Positions 54,756-64,000 of a stretch of 64,000 nt of DNA are shown piece after piece; positions within the stretch are counted from its first letter, which is position 1, and each line of letters starts with the position of its first letter. This DNA is from Takakia lepidozioides (lineage: Eukaryota > Plantae > Bryophyta): assembly GCA_030704615.1 (NCBI GenBank), contig CM060734.1, forward strand, positions 434,001 to 498,000, written 5' to 3'. The position numbers and the translations under genes are program-made. The notes below the pieces were generated by a model, which saw only the letters and a list, made by a program, of their open reading frames with translations, ran no database searches and was not told the origin of the DNA.

Positions 54756-56408
54756 ATGGGAGCTGGGGAGGGATCGCAGGGGGGCGAAGCAACACAGTCA
54801 ACTTTGGATACTCCTGCCCGGGTGCTGCGCTCGCAAGGTGGAAGTGCATCGAGGCAGGCGAGTCCTCATTCAACACCTCAGATATCGCCTCAGAAAAGCC
54901 CACCTAGAGTTCGGAAGTCGAGGAAGCAGAAGGAGCCCATGGCTTCGCTAGTAAAACCCCTAGGGAGACTGGAAGCAGAGATATTGGGTTTGCAGTCAAT
55001 TTCAAAAAACACGGATGCGGTGGAGGCCGCTGGAGATGTGGGAGTTGGATCTGCAGAAGGGCGGCCCATTGAGCTGACAGAAGGAGAGGACGACAACGTG
55101 GTACGACTTGGCGACGATCAGAACCTGCTGGAGCTTGCGGAGGAGCAAAACCTCCAGGACATTTCCTTCTTGCAGACTCTTATCTTTCAGGCATTTTGCT
55201 TCGTGAAGAAACATTAGAAATTCAAATTACGTGAAACAGGAAGACTTGTTGATTCCATAGTTGATCCACTGGAGTATAACGTCCTGTTCAACCATGTGGG
55301 AGAGAAGGACATTCTTTGTGATTTGTCGGGCAAGCCATGGAGGTATGGCAGGACCAGGAGTCCTGCATTCATCCCAGACGCTCATGGAAACATGTACGGA
55401 TGTTGAAGGCAGGGTCCTCGACATCACTGCAAATACAGGTGAGAACGTTAATTGAATGCGGCACCAAAATTGACACCATTTCCGTTTGTGTATGTTTGCT
55501 TGTGCGAGGAAGCGACTCATTCTTGAGTTTGGTTGTGGTTGTGTCGTATGAATTTGCAGGTGCCTGTATGTGGGCGGGAAGGATGTCGAACCGATTTGTG
55601 TTCTCATTTGAGGGGGATACGGCCTTGTACGATTACAATTTGGCGGGCCTTCAGCGTTTGCCTCCGACTGAGGATCCCAAAAACGCAGAAGATGACGTGG
55701 AAGGGGAGGAGGAAGATGAAGAGGAGGAAGTCCAGGAAATTCGTTCGATGCAGGGGCGCCCGAAGCCGCTTCCCCCAATGCCTGTCTTCGAGTGAGTTGC
55801 ACCATAGTAAGTGTATTGGTTTCGGTTGTAGGGACCATGCAACCTGCCGATGATTCCCTGTTTGAATTCTCTAATGTACTTCATTCTATGTTTGTGCGTA
55901 CACTAGCCTTGCAGAGTCGTCCGACGAGGAGAAGCTGGGAGACTTGCCCGAATCGGACCCTGTTGCAGAGGAAGAGACAGAATCGCATCGGCCATTCTTT
56001 GCCAGAAAATCGTTTCTCGCGAGTCCCCAAAAGCCTTTTTTTCTACCAGCCTATGCAGACACGGATGCCAGAGAAGCCATCAGCAGGGAGGATAGGCCTA
56101 CTCGGTTAGAGCAATTGACATACGGGAATGAGCAGAGAATTATAATGAGGCGTGAGGCCAAACATAGAATTGTGAAAGGCAGAGTAGGGAAGTTCGTAAT
56201 AGAATCCGCGTCCGAGAGCGAGGGGAATGTTGAGGACACTTCCGCACGCAGGTGGACAGTTCCGGCTGGTGAGGATGGTATTTTTGAGGGGAGGGCTTCT
56301 CAGAGTAATAGCGGTAGCGGCAGTGCAGGTTCGGAGGCAGGTGGAAGGCAGCCATCCTTGCATGAGGCCGGGGATGCATCGGACAGTGATAGCGGATCCT
56401 CACCATAG
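54756..56408 (+). CDS. Predicted 4-exon gene, ~448-aa acidic low-complexity protein of unknown function
   Basis: Exons 54756-55190, 55261-55438, 55560-55791, 55907-56408; intron phases 0, 1, 2 all join in frame (1347 nt); donors CAG|GTGAG and GA|GTGAGT; acceptors CATAG|, TGCAG|, ACTAG|; the first donor is weak (GC at 55191, or GT at 55203, same phase). Confidence 0.65.
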
Positions 56409-57284
56409 CAAAGTCTCATTTGGATCCTTTTGTTGTACAGTTCTGAAACACTTAATGAAAATATTGACGATTTGAAAAATCATTGTGTTCAGACTGCTTG
56501 TCCGATTCCCTACATTTCTTCCGCCAACCAAAATGTATAATAAAAGCAGAAGAGACGCAAACTTCATTGAAGAACCCTACAAGTAATTTATGCACACCAT
56601 CGAGCCGAGAACTTGAAGCCATGAAAACCCTGCCGTTTCTAACATTCCTATTGGGAAATTTGGCGCCGAAATAGTCCAATGCGCGCCTTCGTTATATGGG
56701 CCTCAAAAATTCCACGGATGAATTACTGTACCAAAATATCGCGATGGAAGCCTTCAGCACAAGGCACTTCAGCACATTCCACTTGGGTATTTCGGCGCCC
56801 AAATAGCCCGTTCTGCGCCATTAAATACCGCACTATATCACATTTTAAGAGGTAATTTCGGTGCCGAAATACCCCGGTGGATGTCTTCAAAACACCATTT
56901 TAGCACACTGCTCTTGGGAATAATGGCGCCGAAATACCTCATTCCGCATCCTGGACCAGGAGAAACAGACCCTATTACCGAGGTAAGAGGACATAACACC
57001 GTCAATAAAGGCAGGAAAATTCCAATTCCGCGGATGTCCGCTCATGAGCTCATAGGCTCATGGGCTCATGGGCTCATGCGCTCATGAAATAGTAAACCTC
57101 GTAATGTACCATTGTTCCGCCATTTGCTAAGTACCGCGTACTTAGCCTTTTCTGCCCGTGACCAGGTAGTGTACACCAATCACTACCCGGTATGTCCCGT
57201 TGTGACCCTCGTTGTCTGGCCCTCGTAGTATAGCCGTTATCATTTATTCCCCCCCTCTTTTGAAATTGTGTCCGCACAATTTCA

Positions 57285-59208
57285 TCAGTTCTTGTGCTTG
57301 TTGTATCTCTTGGGGATGTAGGGTGGTGGCATGCTTGTCTGCGGGGTAGGAAGTGCATCCCAGGATTGTCGTGGTGGCAGCTTCTTGTTCCTGTTGTCGT
57401 CGCTGTCTGGTTGCTCCTCTGGTTCATGAGCGAGCCAGCTTTCGTCATCAGGGTGTTCTGCTACTCCGTCCCCATGTACCATGTCGATTCTGGTGGTCAA
57501 GGTTTCTCGGTAGGTTTGCAACTCCTCCTTGGTCCAGGGTATAATGTGTTTAATCGCCCTGCTGCCCATTAACCAGTTAACAGCTTGGATCCCTGTTTCT
57601 CTGAAAGGGTGGTCTCTGTCCAAGACCAATGGTGAAAAGTGGTCTTTCACCTGGCGCCATGCTTCAGCATATAGTGGTCTGTTCATGTATGCTGAAGTGC
57701 CTGTGACTCTCTCTGGTGGCTGGAATTTGGGTAATTCCCAGTGAGTATCTTTTTCAATACTCTCATAGTGCTGCCAGCTTCCCCTCATTGTCACGAACAT
57801 CCGGTACAAGTAACTGCCAATATAAAAACTTGGGCAGCCCATTACAATGTCTACTGCCGGGGTAGGATTAATCTTCACCTGCCCCACTGCCCACATGTAA
57901 GCTACCAGCTCCTTGTATTCCAGGGGAGCCTGACGCCAGAATTCAACCAATTCTGCCCTTGACCATGTCTCTTCCCTAGCCAGTGGCCTCATCCTGTATC
58001 TCAGAGGTATAAGAGTTTGATTGAGCAGATGCAATTGACCCAATGATCTGCAGGGGGTTAAGGTTTTGAAGACCTTCTCCAGTATTTCTGGGATTTGGTG
58101 GGCTGGGACTAAAAGTATTCCTCCGAATATTTTAGCCGCTCCCCATTCTGCTTGCAGGGCATGATTTGGAAATCATCCACTGCTACCGAAGTTGATGCTA
58201 CTAGGACACTTGGTAGTGTTACAAGGTTTACCTCTTGAGTAGATGGCCCTGCTGTGGCCTGTACCAGTGTCTATTGAATTGATGGTGGTTGTGTTGCTGG
58301 TGTTGTTGTTGTTGATTGTATTGGTGCTTCTCGTTCATGGTCTTCTCCTCTTGATCGTCTTCGTCCATGAGCTCCTCTTGTTCTGGAATTGGTGGCAGGA
58401 ATTCCTCATGAATGTTTGTCACCAACTTCGCCAACTAACATTTCATCTGCCTCACCATTTCTTCATTTCCAGTTCACTCCCTTCATTCAACCAGGCTTTG
58501 GCCAAGGCTGCGTCTGCTGCGTCCAGCCCTGCTTGCAATGTCAGCTTTTCCAGGTGCTGTTTCTATTCTTATTCATTGCCCATGGCAATGTCTCTTTCTG
58601 TGGTGGCTGTAAATAGCCTGCTTTCAGCACTTTCACTTTCTCTCAGCAGTGCAGTGTTGCATGTGAGCCACTTGTTTCCTTGATCTTTGGCAGTCTTCAG
58701 CTGCCCCTCGAGTGTCTCCACCTGCTGCTTAAGCGTCTGCACCTGTCCTGTGAGTGTTTCCACCTTTGTCTCTGTTTTCCGAGATCGTTCTTGCTCTGCA
58801 TCGAGGTCGGCTTGGACATAGCGTGTTTCGTCTCTCTATCTTTCCCACTTCTGCTCCCACTCATCTTTGCGTTGTGTCAAAGTGTTGTATTGGCGAAGTA
58901 AGGTCGTATTTTGATCTTCTAACGCTGCAATTGTAACCTCATGGTTACATAATGTTCTTGCGGTCGCCAATTCCCTCTGGTGTTTCTCTTTGATGTGGTC
59001 TAAGATCATGCTCAGGTTCTCTGGGCTGATGTAATCCTTGGCCCTGTCCATACAAGCTGTCACTTGACCCAATGCTTGTATTGCCTGCAGAATTACATTT
59101 TGTGGCATTTCTTCCAACCCTGTGTCCCATACTGTTGTATCCAGAACTTGTTGTGCTAGTAGTAATTCCAAATTGGAATTATTGTCTTGCTGCTGCTGAT
59201 TCTGTGCC
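57285..59208 (-). CDS. 3' accessory ORF of the second element (frameshifted, 5'-truncated), homologous to 32696-35457
   Basis: Coiled-coil fragments (58836, 58569, 58228), Q/P-rich linker, then a domain with HQIPEIL, ELVAY, IVMGC, HWELP, WTKEEL. Confidence 0.75.
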
Positions 59209-62200
59209 GGCCAATGAGGCGTTCAGTTGTCATCTGGTTTTTGTTCATTGCGAAAAAGAAATCCTGCAATGCGTGCACGGCTATTGCACCCATTGAACGG
59301 ATGTGGTTGAAGCCCCTCTTTTGCCCGCATGTGCTTGAGCATGTGTGCGACACATGTGCGGAGACACAACAGACGAATAAATCATTTGCCTCCCCATCGA
59401 CACCAAGCCATTCCATAATGTAATTGAATTTAAATTAATTTTAAGCCAATAAATAGGTTTGCACTGCCTTTCATTGGGGGTTTCTGGCACATATCGATTT
59501 TGTTTTTGGCTCAATTTTGCTCTGCGGCTTCCAGCATCCCACCACTACTCCCCCGCCAAAATTTGGACCAATCAAAAATGCCCCCAAAAAAAAGTGTTGT
59601 CTTCGCTCACTATTGCAGCACTCTCTATGAAAAGTGCATGAAGTTGAACACAAATCAAGTTTGGAGTGCAAAACAAGGAAGAAACAGTGGTTTTGGGTCC
59701 AAATGAATTATGTTTGCTCCCAAATTTGGCACGCACGTTGCATATGGCTACATTACACGCCCCCATTCAAAAACCGAATAAAGAAAAAATCGTAAGCACG
59801 CGAAACACAGTCCAACAGGTCCCAAAGCAATAGCAGATCGAGCGGAATACATTCAACGGGTGAACGGATGGTTGCCCATCCAAATCATTTTTTTTGCTTC
59901 CAAACTTTGCCAGTATGTTCGAGACACCCTCTTACAGGTCCCGGACTAATATCAGATCAATCGAAATGCATTCGATGGCTCAACAGATGGTTGGCCATCG
60001 AGATGATTTCGGTTTGCTTTGAGACTTGGCTAGTCTGTTCAATGTACCGTGGAAGAGGGCCCCACAGTAATATGAGATCAATCGAAATTCGTCCAATGGG
60101 CCAACGGATGGTTGCCCATTCAAATGATTTTCGTTCGCTTTGAGACTTGGCCAATGTGTTCAATGTACCCTCTGATAGGTCCGTGTGTAATATGAGATCA
60201 ATCGAAATTCGTTCGATGGGCCAATGAGGCGTTCAGTTGTCATCTGGTTTTTGTTCATTGCGAAAAAGAAATCCTGCAATGCGTGCACGGCTATTGCACC
60301 CATTGAACGGATGTGGTTGAAGCCCCTCTTTTGCCCGCATGTGCTTGAGCATGTGTGCGACACATGTGCGGAGACACAACAGACGAATAAATCATTTGCC
60401 TCCCCATCGACACCAAGCCATTCCATAATGTAATTGAATTTAAATTAATTTTAAGCCAATAAATAGGTTTGCACTGCCTTTCATGGGGGTTTCTGGCACA
60501 TATCGATTTTGTTTTTGGCTCAATTTTGCTCTGCGGCTTCCAGCATCCCACCACTACTCCCCGCCAAAATTTGGACCAATCAAAAATGCCCCCAAAAAAA
60601 AGTGTTGTCTTCGCTCACTATTGCAGCACTCTCTATGAAAAGTGCATGAAGTTGAACACAAATCAAGTTTGGAGTGCAAAACAAGGAAGAAACAGTGGTT
60701 TTGGGTCCAAATGAATTATGTTTGCTCCCAAATTTGGCACGCACGTTGCATATGGCTACATTACACGCCCCCATTCAAAACCGAATAAAGAAAAAATCGT
60801 AAGCACGCGAAACACAGTCCAACAGGTCCCAAAGCAATAGCAGATCGAGCGGAATACATTCAACGGGTGAACGGATGGTTGCCCATCCAAATCATTTTTT
60901 TTTTGCTTCCAAACTTTGCCAGTATGTTCGAGACACCCCTCTTACAGGTCCCGGACTAATATCAGATCAATCGAAATGCATTCGATGGCTCAACAGATGG
61001 TTGGCCATCGAGATGATTTCGGTTTGCTTTGAGACTTGGCCAGTCTGTTCAATGTACCGTGGAAGAGGGCCCCACAGTAATATGAGATCAATCGAAATTC
61101 GTCCAATGGGCCAACGGATGGTTGCCCATTCAAATGATTTTCGTTCGCTTTGAGACTTGGCCAATGTGTTCAATGTACCCTCTGATAGGTCCGTGTGTAA
61201 TATGAGATCAATCGAAATTCGTTCGATGGGCCAATGAGGCGTTCAGTTGTCATCTGGTTTTTGTTCATTGCGAAAAAGAAATCCTGCAATGCGTGCACGG
61301 CTATTGCACCCATTGAACGGATGTGGTTGAAGCCCCTCTTTTGCCCGCATGTGCTTGAGCATGTGTGCGACACATGTGCGGAGACACAACAGACGAATAA
61401 ATCATTTGCCTCCCATCGACACCAAGCCATTCCATAATGTAATTGAATTTAAATTAATTTTAAGCCAATAAATAGGTTTGCACTGCCTTTCATTGGGGGT
61501 TTCTGGCACATATCGATTTTGTTTTGGCTCAATTTTGCTCTGCGGCTTCCAGCATCCCACCACTACTCCCCCGCCAAAATTTGGACCAATCAAAAATGCC
61601 CCCAAAAAAAAGTGTTGTCTTCGCTCACTATTGCAGCACTCTCTATGAAAAGTGCATGAAGTTGAACACAAATCAAGTTTGGAGTGCAAAACAAGGAAGA
61701 AACAGTGGTTTTGGGTCCAAATGAATTATGTTTGCTCCCAAATTTGGCACGCACGTTGCATATGGCTACATTACACGCCCCCATTCAAAAACCGAATAAA
61801 GAAAAAATCGTAAGCACGCGAAACACAGTCCAACAGGTCCCAAAGCAATAGCAGATCGAGCGGAATACATTCAACGGGTGAACGGATGGTTGCCCATCCA
61901 AATCATTTTTTTTTTGCTTCCAAACTTTGCCAGTATGTTCGAGACACCCTCTTACAGGTCCCGGACTAATATCAGATCAATCGAAATGCATTCGATGGCT
62001 CAACAGATGGTTGGCCATCGAGATGATTTCGGTTTGCTTTGAGACTTGGCCAGTCTGTTCAATGTACCGTGGAAGAGGGCCCCACAGTAATATGAGATCA
62101 ATCAAAATTCGTTCGATGGGCCAATGAGGCGTTCAGTTGTCATCTGGTTTTTGTTCATTGCGAAAAAGAAATCCTGCAATGCGTGCACGGCTATTGCACC

Positions 62201-62614
62201 CATTGAACGGATGTGGTTGAAGCCCCTCTTTTGCCCGCATGTGCTTGAGCATGTGTGCGACACATGTGCGGAGACACAACAGACGAATAAATCATTTGCC
62301 TCCCCATCGACACCAAGCCATTCCATAATGTAATTGAATTTAAATTAATTTTAAGCCAATAAATAGGTTTGCACTGCCTTTCATTGGGGGTTTCTGGCAC
62401 ATATCGATTTTGTTTTTGGCTCAATTTTGCTCTGCGGCTTCCAGCATCCCACCACTACTCCCCCGCCAAAATTTGGACCAATCAAAAATGCCCCCAAAAA
62501 AAAGTGTTGTCTTCGCTCACTATTGCAGCACTCTCTATGAAAAGTGCATGAAGTTGAACACAAATCAAGTTTGGAGTGCAAAACAAGGAAGAAACAGTGG
62601 TTTTGGGTCCAAAT
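59209..62614 (+). repeat. Tandem repeat, ~1009-bp unit (~3.5 copies) with internal ~120-bp subrepeats
   Basis: ggccaatgaggcgttcag recurs at ~59209, 60219, 61229, 62119; the third unit is 890 bp, lacking one subrepeat. Confidence 0.96.
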
Positions 62615-63517
62615 AGATGTGGTTATTTTGCACTGCAAGTCACATCAGTGACTAAAGGGCGGCTTTGAGTACTGAGAGACAGAGAGTGTGGGAAAAGGTG
62701 GGAAATTCCGACCAAACGAACAACCAACGTAGGTGCCAGAAAATAGAGAGATGACCTTCAGACCAAGGCATGTGATGTGAGTGTGGGAGGCGACCCTCTG
62801 CTTCTTTGTAGTTCACTGCACCTCCTCTATCAAACTACACCTCCTCTATCTTCATCCCTGCATTCTTCTAATAAACAGGTCTTTGCCCCTAAAACTCTAT
62901 GTAATGATGAGCACCTTCACTCTCCTTCTCAAGCATTTGGGTCGCCCAAGTAGTCTCCCTCTGCTTCTCGATGTATCCGTCAGCCTTCAAATTTGTGCCT
63001 CTCTCTCTGTAGTGAGAAGCAATGGATGTCCCCAAAACCGTCTCTATTTTCTTTATAAAAAACACTTCAAACAGGACCACCCGCACCGCGGTCCCGGCAA
63101 ATAGTACACCTTCACTCCGCACGCCACAACCCCGCACCCTCAAACAAAACCCATAAACGGGACAGGCCATTCGGCGGTCCCGACCTTAATGCTGGCCCGC
63201 GACGGTCGCCCACTTCAACCACAGGGGCAGCCGGCCGCCTACGCGGTCCCCTCAACGGGTGCGAAACGGACGACTTACAGTTGGGACCGCCGACCGCGGC
63301 GGTCCTCAAATACATTTTTTGTCATTGCAAAAACCCGCTATTTTGGGGCCGCCACAGTAATAAGCAAACGCGGTATTCCAGGACCGCCACATTGGCGGTC
63401 CCCAAATATCGCGGATATCGCGGTGTTGAACGGCCGCAATTGATTGGTTGCTCGTGGCGCGCCACGTTACGCGATTCTTGTGCGCCACGTCCCGGTCCAA
63501 ACCTAGCGCTCAGCTAG

Positions 63518-63525
63518 TATAAAAG
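63518..63525 (+). promoter_or_regulatory. Candidate TATA box
   Basis: TATAAAAG about 175 bp upstream of ATG 63695. Confidence 0.4.
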
Positions 63526-63694
63526 GGCCCAAAGCCCCATCATTCTCACTCAGCCTTTTTTGTGCGAGCAGTTGTTCTAGGGCCTGGGATGCATCGCGTT
63601 CACTGACCATGACAACGCACGCACTAGGGGCTCGAGGTTTGTAGGGTGGGGGAGAAGTTTTTGAAATTTTTTTTGCGTGAGTTAGCATCGGGCA

Positions 63695-64000
63695 ATGTCA
63701 GAATACATGTCCAGCACAGCGGTCGGAAGCTCCTCTGGAAGTAGGGGCAGGGGCAAGGGCAAAAAAAGGAAGCATGGGAGCCAGCGTAATAGCAATCTTC
63801 ACAAAGAAGATTATCCAGGACCGAAGGCGCTTAAGCTGGTAAGGGAGGTGGTGCACGACTACTTCATGAACACGGATCATCAACACTTGCACAATTCGTA
63901 TGTTTTCTACGGCTATGAAGGTTTCCTGAAGTTCCAGACTAATATGGAGAGAAGAATGCGGGTGGCTATGGCAGGGGATGAATGGGCCGAGGATCGGAAT
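63695..64000 (+). CDS. 5' end of a hypothetical protein, open to the window edge
   Basis: My translation: MSEYMSSTAVGSSSGSRGRGKGKKRKHGSQ...; 102 codons with no stop; basic NLS-like motif; missing from the ORF track, presumably because it has no stop. Confidence 0.5.
   Translation, partial: MSEYMSSTAVGSSSGSRGRGKGKKRKHGSQRNSNLHKEDYPGPKALKLVREVVHDYFMNTDHQHLHNSYVFYGYEGFLKFQTNMERRMRVAMAGDEWAEDRN

Larger units (their letters stand above)
49055..57100. mobile_element. Mutator-like DNA transposon (MULE), 8046 bp, apparently non-autonomous
   Basis: Perfect 9-bp TSD GTAATGTAC (49046-49054 and 57101-57109); imperfect TIRs GGGGGTTGCTATTCCATGAGCTCATGAGC vs GAGGTTTACTATTTCATGAGCGCATGAGC (reverse complement of right end); subterminal CATGAGC/GCTCATG repeats at both ends. 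Confidence 0.88.
48382..59208 (-). mobile_element. 3' portion of a second Gypsy-type LTR element (accessory ORF, PPT, 3' LTR), interrupted by a MULE and cut off by the 1009-bp repeat
   Basis: Minus strand: ORF ends 57285; PPT aaaagaggggggg-aa at ~57247-57261; LTR starts TGATAAC at 57242 and ends ...GTTGCA at 48382. Gypsy assignment rests on ORF homology only, since no pol is in view. Confidence 0.75.

Noticed and set aside
58243-58683. Hydrophobic membrane-protein or env-like ORF on +
   Set aside because: Antisense shadow of the Q/E-rich accessory ORF on the minus strand
59156-62638. Short ORFs in the 1009-bp repeat
   Set aside because: Short, on both strands, motif-free, and frames vary between copies

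Overview
Eukaryotic, repeat-dominated window, most likely plant heterochromatin; I see no recognisable host housekeeping gene. From left to right: (1) the 3' half of a degenerate chromoviral Ty3/Gypsy element (RT-RNaseH-integrase-chromodomain, PPT, 3' LTR); (2) a ~1.9-kb segment bounded by ~180-bp inverted repeats, then a probable solo LTR; (3) a ~1946-bp macrosatellite array (~13 copies on +) with inverted, more diverged copies at both ends; (4) inside that array, a young full-length 12.5-kb non-chromoviral (Athila-like) Gypsy element with TSD, PBS, PPT, minisatellite-bearing LTRs and extra 5' and 3' ORFs; (5) the 3' end of a second, divergent Gypsy-type element on the minus strand, whose LTR is split by (6) an 8.0-kb Mutator-like element with 9-bp TSD and TIRs, which carries three non-transposase genes and a large foldback array of a 24-bp palindrome; (7) a ~1009-bp tandem repeat; (8) an ORF running off the right end. 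The two best leads are a ~200-aa domain I do not recognise, shared by the 3' accessory ORFs of the two divergent retroelements, and the MULE whose non-coding DNA is filled with a palindromic motif (an architecture reminiscent of VANDAL/VANC). Some stretches look like indel-rich long-read consensus, so many frameshifts may be sequencing errors. All alignments were done by eye.
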